Positions 54,879 to 64,000 of a DNA stretch of 64,000 nt are shown piece after piece (the first letter of the stretch is position 1; each line of letters opens with the position of its first letter). Location: IMG/VR virus record IMGVR_UViG_3300008110_007313. One strand, given 5' to 3'. This DNA is from a virus. Its lineage: Duplodnaviria > Caudoviricetes. Both the position numbers and the translations under genes were made by a program. The notes under the pieces are model-generated. The model saw nothing but the letters and a program-made list of their open reading frames with translations. It was not told the origin of the DNA and did not search any database.

Positions 54879-56015
54879 CCAGCTTTTTAGAATGATCAAG
54901 TTCTCTGTACCACGTCCGTTGAACGGTGTTTCTGTAGTGGTCAAGTCCTTGTAGATCTTACGGGCGGCTGGCTTGCCTGCGGCACCCATGGCTTTGAGCA
55001 CGTCAGCGGGCTTGCGCACAGTTTTTTGCTGGCTCTCTACTGTGCTAAACCCAATGACAGCATTGGATTTCACAGTAAAAACTTTGGCGTATTCGTCTGC
55101 CACAAGATGAATCAGTTTGCGTTTTTTGGTATCATACAACCAGGCTTCTGCTTTGTCTACCAGGCTGGCAGCCGGTAGACCTTTGAGTTTGAGTTCTGCA
55201 AATTCTGTTATACACTTGAACTTTGCGGCTTTCTTTTCTGGACTTACTGCTTTAACTGCACGTGGCTTGCGCTCGACCTTTTTAATCTGCACATAGGCGC
55301 CGCAGTCTGAAATTACAAGCTCACAGAACTTTACACAATTCTTCAACTGCACCTTGGTCAAATAGCCGTAGCCCTGCGTCAGGTCTGCATCCTTGCCTGC
55401 TACTGCTTCGTCAAACTCTACAAGTTTACGAGTCCAGATTTGCTTGATGTCATTGACCATTTGTGGAGCAATGTTCATTGAACGCATGAGCATCACTGGC
55501 TTGTAGTCTGCATTGAGCTTGGCACCTGACGCAATAAACTCGTCAAACAAGCCATCCATCTCACCAGCACACTCGCTGACTTTTTCTCGCAGTCGGTCCT
55601 GGATAGTGATTTTAGGCACTGCATCTTCCGCAGGTGGCGCTTCTTCTGCTTCTTCATCTTGCTTGGATTCCAAAATTTCTTTAAGCAAGTTGTCCAATTT
55701 GATCTGTTCTTGATCCGTGAGCTCTAGTCCCACCATGCTCATACGGCACAGCCAACCTGTGGTCAGTCGGATTGAGCTGTCAGGAATGCGTTTGAGTGTA
55801 CGAACGTCAGCTTTACGACCATGCAATTCCAAATAGTTTACAATCATCTCACGAGCATCTTTTTTGCTGTAAAAATAATTGTACCAAGAAAACGCATGAC
55901 TAAATGCGCTGATACGATTGTCTGTGGGTTGCACTCGCCACGTGGGCTCCATACCCATGGCATTGGTATCGGCACTACGAGGGTTCAAGGGCTTGACAGA
56001 TTTGGTTGCGATCAT
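54876..56015 (-). CDS. hypothetical early protein
   Basis: 379 aa; AAGGA SD; downstream of the early promoter. Confidence 0.75.
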   Translation of the reverse strand: MIATKSVKPLNPRSADTNAMGMEPTWRVQPTDNRISAFSHAFSWYNYFYSKKDAREMIVNYLELHGRKADVRTLKRIPDSSIRLTTGWLCRMSMVGLELTDQEQIKLDNLLKEILESKQDEEAEEAPPAEDAVPKITIQDRLREKVSECAGEMDGLFDEFIASGAKLNADYKPVMLMRSMNIAPQMVNDIKQIWTRKLVEFDEAVAGKDADLTQGYGYLTKVQLKNCVKFCELVISDCGAYVQIKKVERKPRAVKAVSPEKKAAKFKCITEFAELKLKGLPAASLVDKAEAWLYDTKKRKLIHLVADEYAKVFTVKSNAVIGFSTVESQQKTVRKPADVLKAMGAAGKPAARKIYKDLTTTETPFNGRGTENLIILKSW

Positions 56016-56024
56016 AATTGTTCC

Positions 56025-56312
56025 TTACTTAGTCTTGGGCAAGTTTTTTACAGTGTCAAAAAGTTTTGCGGCACGTTTAACGTCAAAATTTTTGTGTTTA
56101 TACATCCAGGCTTTTTTGCGCTCTGCTACTTCCAGAGCTTCTGCTAGTTTCCATTTGGTGTTGAAGTCTGCAGACATTATTATACGGCTCATGTCTACAA
56201 TGTCAAGAGCATACTCTACCCATTTTTCTGTGGCTTTTACTTTGTCATAAGACTGTATAAAGCCCTTGCCTTTTGGACCTGTGTACTTTGCTACAAAGTT
56301 TGCGGCTTTCAT
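56025..56312 (-). CDS. hypothetical early protein
   Basis: 95 aa; AGGAG SD. Confidence 0.75.
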   Translation of the reverse strand: MKAANFVAKYTGPKGKGFIQSYDKVKATEKWVEYALDIVDMSRIIMSADFNTKWKLAEALEVAERKKAWMYKHKNFDVKRAAKLFDTVKNLPKTK

Positions 56313-56340
56313 ACCATACTCCTAGAGTGGATAAGTGTGT

Positions 56341-56369
56341 ATTATAGCACTTTGGGATTTATTGGTCAA
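56341..56369 (-). promoter_or_regulatory. early sigma70 promoter
   Basis: TTGACC-N17-TATAAT, same class as those at 17.8-18.9 kb. Confidence 0.85.
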
Positions 56370-56376
56370 CCGCCCA

Positions 56377-56382
56377 TAAATA
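56377..56382 (+). promoter_or_regulatory. T4-late-type promoter core TAAATA
   Basis: 7 nt before ATG 56390. Confidence 0.6.
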
Positions 56383-56389
56383 ATGGACT

Positions 56390-57703
56390 ATGCCCCGTTT
56401 AAGCCTTTACCGCCCGAATCGTACCCGTGATTATCAATTTTTGGATCGTACCATCCGAGAGATGTACACTGTTGGGGGTGTGGACATCTACATCCACAAA
56501 TACATGGGTCCACAAACTGGCGGCGAAGATTCGGCATTTTCAGGCAATGCTGATGCCACACAGCCTGTGTATGAAACACAGAGCCCGCTGAACATACAGG
56601 ATCTGCTGTTGTTAGAAAACCGCGACAGAATATACGATCAAGACGTGTATGTCATGCGCGGAGTGTTCCAGACTCAGGACATTGATTTTGATTTAAGTCA
56701 ATTTGGATTGTTTTTAAACAACGACACCCTGTTTATCACATTCCACTACAATCGCATGATTGATGAATTTGGGCGCAAACTCATGAATGGTGACGTTTTA
56801 GAAATTCCTACACTGAAAGACTACTATCCATTGAATCCGGCTATTCCACAACCCTTGCCCAAGTATTATGTGATTCAAGACGCTGCTTTTGCATCCGAAG
56901 GATTCAGCCAAACCTGGTTGCCACACCTTTGGCGTGTGAAAGCCACACCTTTGGTCAACGCACAAGAATACAAAGACGTACTCAAAAAACCCATGGTCCA
57001 AGAGAATATCTGGGACTCAGACAATTTCTATCCTGCAGGTACTGTTGTTAATTACGGTAACACTTATTATCAGGCTGTGCAAAATGTGCCTGCAGGAACT
57101 ACTATCAACAACACCAGTTATTGGCTGGAGTACACACCGTTGACCCAGAGTGATCAAATGACCACTCGCACCAAGGATCAAGAAATCAATGATGCTATAC
57201 TTGCACAGGCCGATGTTGAAGTTCCATTAAGTGGCTACGATGTTGACAAGTTTTATATTACTCCCACGTTGGAAAATGGACAGCCTGCCAACCCTGTGGG
57301 ACTCAATACCAGTTCTACTACCACAGTAGACGGCACCGAAGGTGGTATGAACTCTACCCCTCGCGGATTTGGATATACCCTGGGCTACTTAACCGGTGAT
57401 GGCAAAGCACCAAACGGTTTCCCAGTCACTCCAGGAGTAAGCTTCCCGGACAGCCCAGTCAGCGGAGACTACGCTTTGCGGTTGGATTACTTGCCCAATC
57501 GTTTGTTCCGCTTTGATGGCAATCGTTGGGTACGTATCGAAGACAATGTTCGCACAGATCTCAACAATGGACCAAATAACAAGACCCTACGCTCAGGCTT
57601 TGTAAATAACACAGCAGAAGTTCGTACTACAGATCGCGGCATGATTCCAAGTCGCCAGAGCCTTAGCGAAATTCTCAAACCCAGAGCCGACAACGGCGGA
57701 TAA
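56390..57703 (+). CDS. 14: neck/head-closure protein (gp14-like) with extensions
   Basis: GGVDIYIH..ENRDR..FGL..GDVLEIP..HLW; precedes gp15. Confidence 0.75.
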   Translation: MPRLSLYRPNRTRDYQFLDRTIREMYTVGGVDIYIHKYMGPQTGGEDSAFSGNADATQPVYETQSPLNIQDLLLLENRDRIYDQDVYVMRGVFQTQDIDFDLSQFGLFLNNDTLFITFHYNRMIDEFGRKLMNGDVLEIPTLKDYYPLNPAIPQPLPKYYVIQDAAFASEGFSQTWLPHLWRVKATPLVNAQEYKDVLKKPMVQENIWDSDNFYPAGTVVNYGNTYYQAVQNVPAGTTINNTSYWLEYTPLTQSDQMTTRTKDQEINDAILAQADVEVPLSGYDVDKFYITPTLENGQPANPVGLNTSSTTTVDGTEGGMNSTPRGFGYTLGYLTGDGKAPNGFPVTPGVSFPDSPVSGDYALRLDYLPNRLFRFDGNRWVRIEDNVRTDLNNGPNNKTLRSGFVNNTAEVRTTDRGMIPSRQSLSEILKPRADNGG

Positions 57704-57706
57704 ACA

Positions 57707-59104
57707 ATGCAACAATTCTTTTACGATGACCAAATACGTCGTTTCTTACTGCAATTTACTAGAATCTTTTCAGGGTTCCAAATAGAGTACGGCCGAGATT
57801 CTGCCAATCCTGACCAGTATGCGCTGTTGCGTGTGCCAGTTCGTTACGGTGATGCCAGTCGAAATGCGCAGACTATCATTCAAGAAAACTCAGCCAACAG
57901 TTTGCCCAGCTCACCGTTGATGACTTTTTATATTGCAGGACTGGACTACGATCGTCCACGCATGCAAGAACCTTACTTTGTGTCTCGCTTTGCAGTCAAA
58001 CAACGTACCTACGACACTGTTACAGAAACCTACGAAACTTCCCAAGGCAATGCGTTCACTATTGAACGACTAATGCCTGTGCCCTACAAGCTGACCTTGA
58101 ACTTGGATATTTGGACCACAAACACCAATCAAAAGATGCAGTTACTTGAACAGATTTTAACCTTGTTCAATCCTTCACTGGAAATACAAAGCACAGACAA
58201 CTACATTGACTGGACTAGTTTGAGCGTAGTTGAATTAGAAAGTGTGCAATGGTCTAGTAGAACTATACCTATATCCACAGAAAATCCCATAGATATTTGC
58301 ACGTTGCGATTTAACTTGCCTATCTGGATCAGTTCTCCTGCCAAGGTCAAGAAACTGGGAGTGATCGAACGTGTGATTGCCAGCATGTACGATGCGCAAG
58401 GAGATTTACGAGATGCAGTGACCAACAGTGATTTGTTGCTGGGTACACGTCAGGTTATAACACCTTTCAACTACAAAATTATGTTGATTGGCAACAGCAT
58501 ACAAATACTGCAAGAGCGTGCAATTGTGGATCAACCAAATACTAGCCTAGAACCGCCAGACATTGTGAGTGGCAGCGGGCTACTATGGCCTGCTGTGATT
58601 GGCATGTATGGCGTACTGAGGCCTGGTATCAGTCAAATACGACTAACACAGCCCGATGGTTCAGAAGTGGTTGGCACAATAGTGGTTGATCCCAACGATG
58701 AACGTTTTGTGTTGTTTAGCGTGGACCAAGACACAGCACCTCAAAACACCATGCTACCAGTGAATGCCGTGATCAACCCCTTGATCAGTGCGCCTGGCAA
58801 CGGGTTACCAGCAGCAGTTGCTGGACAACGATACTTGTTGACTGAGGGTACTGGTGCAGTGAACAACGCATTTCCTGCAACAGCCTGGTTGGGTGCGTCA
58901 AACCGTCCTGTAGTAGCGCAAGAAAACGACATCATTGAATACAACGGTAGCTGGTGGGATGTAACTTTCTACGCACAGCAACAAACACAAATTCAATACA
59001 TAAGTAACCTCACCACAGGCATACAGTACGAATGGACAGGCGGCTCATGGATCAAAAGCTATCAAGGAATTTACCCCGGCGGCGACTGGAGTCTGGTATT
59101 GTGA
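57707..59104 (+). CDS. 15: tail sheath stabiliser/terminator (gp15-like) with C-terminal extension
   Basis: QFFYD.QIRR..VPVRYG..PVPY.L..L.I..Q.LEQIL..FNPS. Confidence 0.85.
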   Translation: MQQFFYDDQIRRFLLQFTRIFSGFQIEYGRDSANPDQYALLRVPVRYGDASRNAQTIIQENSANSLPSSPLMTFYIAGLDYDRPRMQEPYFVSRFAVKQRTYDTVTETYETSQGNAFTIERLMPVPYKLTLNLDIWTTNTNQKMQLLEQILTLFNPSLEIQSTDNYIDWTSLSVVELESVQWSSRTIPISTENPIDICTLRFNLPIWISSPAKVKKLGVIERVIASMYDAQGDLRDAVTNSDLLLGTRQVITPFNYKIMLIGNSIQILQERAIVDQPNTSLEPPDIVSGSGLLWPAVIGMYGVLRPGISQIRLTQPDGSEVVGTIVVDPNDERFVLFSVDQDTAPQNTMLPVNAVINPLISAPGNGLPAAVAGQRYLLTEGTGAVNNAFPATAWLGASNRPVVAQENDIIEYNGSWWDVTFYAQQQTQIQYISNLTTGIQYEWTGGSWIKSYQGIYPGGDWSLVL

Positions 59105-59532
59105 ACGCAGTAGGTGTTTGGTTTCGAAGCAACCAAACCAATCGTTATCTGTATCTACTAAGAAACGATGCCAAGCACCCAGGAACCTGGGGGCTGCCAG
59201 GTGGTAAAATTGAACCAGGTGAAACCTTGCTAGGTGGCATGGAGCGAGAATGCATCGAAGAGCTAGGTAGCTTTCCTGCATATCGTCGACTGGTACCCAT
59301 TGAAAAATTTACTTCAGCTGACAATAAGTTTGTATATCACACATTTGTATGTGTGGTAGATGATGAATTTGTTCCTGTGCTCAACAACGAGCACTTGGGC
59401 TATGCCTGGATTGACGAAGGCACATGGCCCAAACCTTTGCATCCCGGGCTTTGGAGTACTGTGAATATGGACACAGTACAAAACAAAATCCTGCGTGTTG
59501 CGCAGGATTTTGTTGTTTCCAAACAGGCCTGA
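59101..59532 (+). CDS. Nudix hydrolase
   Basis: GGKIEPGETLLGGMERECIEELG Nudix box; GTG start overlapping the gp15 TGA. Confidence 0.92.
   Translation: MNAVGVWFRSNQTNRYLYLLRNDAKHPGTWGLPGGKIEPGETLLGGMERECIEELGSFPAYRRLVPIEKFTSADNKFVYHTFVCVVDDEFVPVLNNEHLGYAWIDEGTWPKPLHPGLWSTVNMDTVQNKILRVAQDFVVSKQA
59485..59511. terminator. bidirectional terminator-like hairpin in the 3' end of the Nudix CDS
   Basis: AAAATCCTGCG-TGTTG-CGCAGGATTTT at a convergent junction; T-rich on both sides. Confidence 0.65.
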
Positions 59533-62500
59533 TCAGGCTTGAGATTCTTGGAATTGCAATTGAACTTCTCCCACTGGACTTGACTGTGTGGTCAATGCGG
59601 TAAGTTGCACTGCCAACACTTCAGGTCCGTTGGGATAGGTTCCTGTGCCTGGTATACCACTGGTTCCAATCTGTTTAACTGAGCTCAAATCCAGCACTCC
59701 CGAATTGGTAGTAGATATCGGGATAGCAAACAGCCTTTCGCCGCCACTTAGTTCAGTGGTAATAGCTTGAATGGTCATGTTTAAATCGTTAGACGGGGTG
59801 CCCCCACCCAACGCATTGCCCAAAATCTTCACAGTATCTCCCACAGCATAACCTGTACCAGCATTTTGTATTGAGATCTGAGTGGTTGAATTAGTGTAAC
59901 TTGTACCAGAAGCCGTTAACTGTACTGTGACGTTGGCTGAGGACCCTGAGCTTGACACGTTGGTCAACGTTAATCCACTGAAGGTTCTAATCGCTGATCC
60001 GCCAAACAGCACTTTGGTACCTGACTTGGAGAAGCCGCCAGTAGTACCAAACAAACTGGATGTTACACCGCCTGTGGTTTCACCGGTATATCGCGGAGCA
60101 GTTGCAAACTGTGTGAAACTAGGTTGGAATCCTCCACCCAAATTGTTCAGCCCTGACCAAGTGGTATTAGCTGAATCAATGTTGTTGGGGTTGAGAATAC
60201 CTTCAACCAAGTATCGGCCAGCACTTACTTGAATGTTGAGATTGCTCAGTGTTAGTTGGGCTCGATTGATCAAGGTGCGTACACCCAAATCACCAATAAT
60301 ACCATCGCTTACACTAGGACTCAATCGCATGGCAAACACTGTTTGCTTTGCGCCAATGGTACCTGGCAAACCATAGTTGGTACGGTTGAATGTAAATTGA
60401 TAACCTTCGTCGCCGTCAAAATTACCGTCCATGATCACTGAACTACCCCAGTGGTTGACCAACGGAGCACAGGTATTACTGATCAAGATTACACCAGTGT
60501 TATCTGTATGGCTTGCGGCAGCACTAGAAGTAAAGCTACGACTAGCTCCATCTACCCATTGGTCGAATGTAGCTGCTCGTGTAACTCCTGTGAGTGTGTT
60601 TCCGCTCTTGCCTGAATACTTGATAATTTCACTATCAATCATCACAAACACAGGATAGGTAACACTGGCTGCAGGATACTGGCTAGCATCACGCAAGTCT
60701 ATAGTAGTTTGGCTGTCATTGATTGCGCCATCTAAACTTGACACTGGAGTTTCATTGACTGCTTCGTAGCGACCAGGCAAGTTACCTGAACGCATGTATG
60801 CTTCGTTGTTCAAGTTGTTGTTGGGTCTACGATGCGCAGGAATCATAGTACCTTGTTGGCCTCGAATCATCCATTGTACATAGCCAGCACCGTACCATGA
60901 ATATTCTACTCCCAACATCTGCATTTTGTTTGCGTCTACAGTGAAACCACTGGGTCCTGTACCATCCAATGTATCAACGTTGAAATCGTCTTGAACCACG
61001 CGAATTTCCTGGCGAAGAGCCATTTTTACACGTACTTGATTGGACACTCCGCGGAATGTAGGCACCACTGTCATACGATTGTTGTCCAACACTGATGTCA
61101 CTGTGTGTGTCATACCTTGTATAACAACTATGTCGCCGTTGTTGAGTTGGTCTTGGAAACGGCAAGTGCCATCACCTGTTACCAAATTTGATCCCACACC
61201 CACTGACACTAGGCCAGCTAGTTGGAAGGTGCTTGAACGTTGTACCACGTTCAGTGTTTGGCCGTTGTGTTCCCAGAACAAACCGTTTTGATCATCAAAG
61301 ATACCGGCTCGTACACTAGAACCGTGCCATTGTGTCACAGAAATTCGTGGTTGTTGACCCAACTCAGGTGCAACACTGCCTAAGGTGTTTTGTGCTTGAA
61401 CTACAAAGCTGATATCACTGCCGATACTGGTTACTGTGTAGTTGGTGTCATTGTATCCTGAGGTGGTTACACCACTGATTGTAATAGTTGCTCCAGGGTT
61501 GAGTCCGTGTTCTAGGTCTGTAGTAACGGTAATGTTGCTACCAGCCGCGGTTCCTGCTGCTACAATTCCTGCAATGTCAAATGTGGGCTTGAGCATACTA
61601 CCTGATGTAAACAAGATACCTTTACCAGATTGATAGCGGAAATATTTCTTGGTCTGTCGAACAGCGGCTGCTCCTCGAGTAGGAGTACCAGTGCTCAATA
61701 CAACACCACCATCAAACGGTCTTGGTAAGAATGCAGCATTGCTACGAACGTTGATAACACCTGCAAGGCTACCGCTTACCGCTGCACCTGATTTGGCAGT
61801 GTAGGCAAAAGTAGTGGTACTGGGCACAGCAGTAACAAAGAAACTGCCGGTAGCATAGGCCTGGTTTGTTCCTGACGACAGCGCAACCAAAATTGGAGTT
61901 CCTGGGACCAGACCGTGAGCATACGTAGTTGTTACGGTGATAGTACTAGGCGTTAATCCGTCGCTGACAATGCTGGCGATGTCAAGATCAGCACCAGTGT
62001 ACGGGAACGCTTGACGGACCACGCTGTCATATTGATTCAACGGATAACCTGGTGCCAAATTTGGTAATCTTCGTGGATAGAAAGCAAAGTTATTGTCATT
62101 GGCATAGTAAACATAGCTCACGCCTTCAGCGTTGCTACTAGCTTGGTTTTGCATACTGACATATTCGCCAGCTGTCAATCCATGGCTGTCTGCGTTGACA
62201 GCAACTTGAGGAATATTGGTATTGCCAGTAGCATCATAAATGCCTGTCATGCGGATCACAGGAGATCCAACCCCAGCAGCAGCCAATGCTGTGGTATTAA
62301 ACTGACCACGAGCAATTGTTTGTGTTCCGTTGACTGCTGTACTAACTGCACTCATATTAACCAGTTCTACGTTGCTACTTAGGCGTTGCATCACTGAGCC
62401 AGTGACAAAAGCATTAGCTGGACTTGTGTTGTACCATCCTCGTGTAAGCTGCAAAGTTGTACCATTGGTTACTTCATAAACTCTGGCTATTTCAATGTTG

Positions 62501-63498
62501 TTTACTGCATAAACGTCATTGCCAATGGTAATGTTAGCTGATCCACCGTTGGACTGGTTTGACTGTCGAACCACTGTGAGAGCGTTGCCTGCCACGTTAG
62601 TCACAGACATTACTTCATAAACATTGGCTGTATCTGTTTCAACTATGATATAGCTACCGTCCGAAATACCAGCAGCAGTTACGTTGGCCACGTTAACAGT
62701 AGTAGTAGCCACGCTGGTAATGTTGGCCACTGCAACTGTGGTACCACCTGTACCAGGATTTCCAATAATGATCAAGTTGTCGCCTACGCTTAACCCAGTA
62801 GTGCTGGCCACAGTGAAAGTTCGTTCAGCCGAACTGTTGACATTGGCTGTCAATCTAGTGCTTACAAACGGAGTCACGTTGCCCTGTGTTTGACTAATAA
62901 TCAACGCAAAATCATTGGCTACCCACTGTGCTGTACTTTGGTTTTGCAGTCTCACACTGGTATCTACGTTGCTGGTGATTTGGTCATCGCCCGCTAACAT
63001 TGTAGCATAACCATTGGTATTGATTACAATGTCTGCACCAATGTCTTCATAGAAAGCTGGAATATTGTTAATAGTAGCAAAGTTTTGCCACTTGGTATTT
63101 TGCAGACCATATTCAAAGTCAGCGTCAATTAGGGCCTGTGGGTTACTGATTCGTTCACGTCCAATTGCGTCTAGACCAAAACTCCACGGTTGTACAATCA
63201 TCTCAGCGTTTTCTACCCAGATAGCCAACTTGTCATTGGGATCCATGGCAGAAGTATCAGTGTCCAAGGTAAGTGTTGTAACACCATCGTAGGCTGCAGG
63301 GAAGTCGTTGGTTGGGCCTGCTGTCCAGGCCACTGTGCCGCCTAACGAAGGATCACCAAAATTGTAGATGCAGATACCGTCTGTTGTGTTATAAATGGCA
63401 AGGAATTCAGGCAAATTTACCCGGCCTACTATTTTGACGGTGCCTACACCAGCAGTGCTAGGGGTAAAAACGTAATTATTAACTCGTTGTCGTGCCAT
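59533..63498 (-). CDS. large virion structural protein
   Basis: 1321 aa, T/G/V/N-rich beta modules; LDAIGRERISNP, YQSGKG, SWYGAG, YMRSGNLPGRYE. Confidence 0.8.
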   Translation of the reverse strand: MARQRVNNYVFTPSTAGVGTVKIVGRVNLPEFLAIYNTTDGICIYNFGDPSLGGTVAWTAGPTNDFPAAYDGVTTLTLDTDTSAMDPNDKLAIWVENAEMIVQPWSFGLDAIGRERISNPQALIDADFEYGLQNTKWQNFATINNIPAFYEDIGADIVINTNGYATMLAGDDQITSNVDTSVRLQNQSTAQWVANDFALIISQTQGNVTPFVSTRLTANVNSSAERTFTVASTTGLSVGDNLIIIGNPGTGGTTVAVANITSVATTTVNVANVTAAGISDGSYIIVETDTANVYEVMSVTNVAGNALTVVRQSNQSNGGSANITIGNDVYAVNNIEIARVYEVTNGTTLQLTRGWYNTSPANAFVTGSVMQRLSSNVELVNMSAVSTAVNGTQTIARGQFNTTALAAAGVGSPVIRMTGIYDATGNTNIPQVAVNADSHGLTAGEYVSMQNQASSNAEGVSYVYYANDNNFAFYPRRLPNLAPGYPLNQYDSVVRQAFPYTGADLDIASIVSDGLTPSTITVTTTYAHGLVPGTPILVALSSGTNQAYATGSFFVTAVPSTTTFAYTAKSGAAVSGSLAGVINVRSNAAFLPRPFDGGVVLSTGTPTRGAAAVRQTKKYFRYQSGKGILFTSGSMLKPTFDIAGIVAAGTAAGSNITVTTDLEHGLNPGATITISGVTTSGYNDTNYTVTSIGSDISFVVQAQNTLGSVAPELGQQPRISVTQWHGSSVRAGIFDDQNGLFWEHNGQTLNVVQRSSTFQLAGLVSVGVGSNLVTGDGTCRFQDQLNNGDIVVIQGMTHTVTSVLDNNRMTVVPTFRGVSNQVRVKMALRQEIRVVQDDFNVDTLDGTGPSGFTVDANKMQMLGVEYSWYGAGYVQWMIRGQQGTMIPAHRRPNNNLNNEAYMRSGNLPGRYEAVNETPVSSLDGAINDSQTTIDLRDASQYPAASVTYPVFVMIDSEIIKYSGKSGNTLTGVTRAATFDQWVDGASRSFTSSAAASHTDNTGVILISNTCAPLVNHWGSSVIMDGNFDGDEGYQFTFNRTNYGLPGTIGAKQTVFAMRLSPSVSDGIIGDLGVRTLINRAQLTLSNLNIQVSAGRYLVEGILNPNNIDSANTTWSGLNNLGGGFQPSFTQFATAPRYTGETTGGVTSSLFGTTGGFSKSGTKVLFGGSAIRTFSGLTLTNVSSSGSSANVTVQLTASGTSYTNSTTQISIQNAGTGYAVGDTVKILGNALGGGTPSNDLNMTIQAITTELSGGERLFAIPISTTNSGVLDLSSVKQIGTSGIPGTGTYPNGPEVLAVQLTALTTQSSPVGEVQLQFQESQA

Positions 63499-63501
63499 TT
63501 C

Positions 63502-63894
63502 TTAAACTCCAAATATGATTTGATTAGCTGTCAACGTTGCTTGAGTAGTCGTTGAAAACTTGTTATAACCAATAGTACCATTGGCAATTTTACTGTTGGT
63601 CACTGTGCCATCGCTGGGTGTGCCAGTATATAGTGTGTCACCCATAATGACACCAAAGAATGGTGTCAATGTTGCCGGCGGTGTGGTAAAACTGATATTT
63701 GATCCTGATATACTAAATCCCACTCCAGGGTTCAATACAACATTGTTCAAGCTTACCATCATTGCATAGGCAGTGGGAGGAGAGAAAGATGTTCCGCCCA
63801 CGGTGATCGGAAACACTGTGTCTGTGCCGTTGAATGCCGGCGTGTCCATGTATCTGTATTGCCCAATCTGCGGTGTATTACCCAAGTAAGCCAT
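63502..63894 (-). CDS. short tail-fibre-like structural protein
   Basis: MAYLGNTP..FNGTDTVFPIT..VSLNNVVLNPG..F..PP. Confidence 0.7.
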   Translation of the reverse strand: MAYLGNTPQIGQYRYMDTPAFNGTDTVFPITVGGTSFSPPTAYAMMVSLNNVVLNPGVGFSISGSNISFTTPPATLTPFFGVIMGDTLYTGTPSDGTVTNSKIANGTIGYNKFSTTTQATLTANQIIFGV

Positions 63895-63903
63895 TTGTTT
63901 TCC

Positions 63904-64000
63904 TTATAGTCTGCCAACCACAACTTCAATTGTGCCTGACTCTCCGTTGAAATCTTCCAACGCTTTTCCAATTACACTGCCCAGTGTGGGTGTTGTGCAG
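63904..64000 (-). CDS. C-terminus of a fibre-type protein (5'-truncated by window edge)
   Basis: ..LGSVIGKALEDFNGESGTIEVVVGRL*. Confidence 0.65.
   Translation of the reverse strand, partial: CTTPTLGSVIGKALEDFNGESGTIEVVVGRL

Noticed and set aside
1-64000. Stop-codon reassignment or alternative genetic code
   Set aside because: Core genes are full length in the standard code with tight stop/start overlaps; TAA, TGA and TAG all end genes
1-64000. tRNA, rRNA, introns or inteins in core genes
   Set aside because: Intergenic gaps are short with no cloverleaf seen; helicase, UvsX, UvsW and terminase have ordinary lengths and uninterrupted motifs

Overview
This window is a 64-kb slice of a lytic, T4-superfamily myophage. 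Its gene content and order resemble large 'jumbo' T4-related phages. No host-chromosome genes, integrase, tRNA, rRNA or CRISPR array were seen. Core genes: DnaB/gp41 helicase, gp61 primase, probable gp62 clamp-loader subunit, UvsW/UvsX/UvsY, gp32 SSB, large and probable small terminase, gp4, tail sheath and tube, neck proteins gp13/14/15, dNMP kinase, a DEDD exonuclease, Nudix and thermonuclease. Between these sit about 19 tailoring enzymes. A 7.6-kb glycan locus holds 3 GT-A transferases, 4 KpsS/Capsule_synth-like GT-B paralogues, 2 methyltransferases and a nucleotidyltransferase-cupin fusion. Scattered elsewhere are 3 radical SAM enzymes with N-terminal Cys domains, 3 2OG-Fe(II) oxygenase-like genes, an SGNH enzyme, a GT10-like protein, a cupin and a further methyltransferase. 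Many of these lie just behind T4-late-type TAAATA boxes, which suggests a late, virion- or surface-directed modification system. Other notable items are a 186-aa miniature DnaE that keeps all three catalytic aspartates, and a Pol-beta-type nucleotidyltransferase fused to a KxDG ligase-like domain (missed by the ORF track). There is also a family of proteins with T4 capsid-targeting-like N-termini, pervasive leaderless gene starts, an RBS-occluding hairpin on gp13, and a 3'-UTR element complementary to the early-gene ribosome-binding site. All functional calls come from motif recognition by eye; no searches were run.
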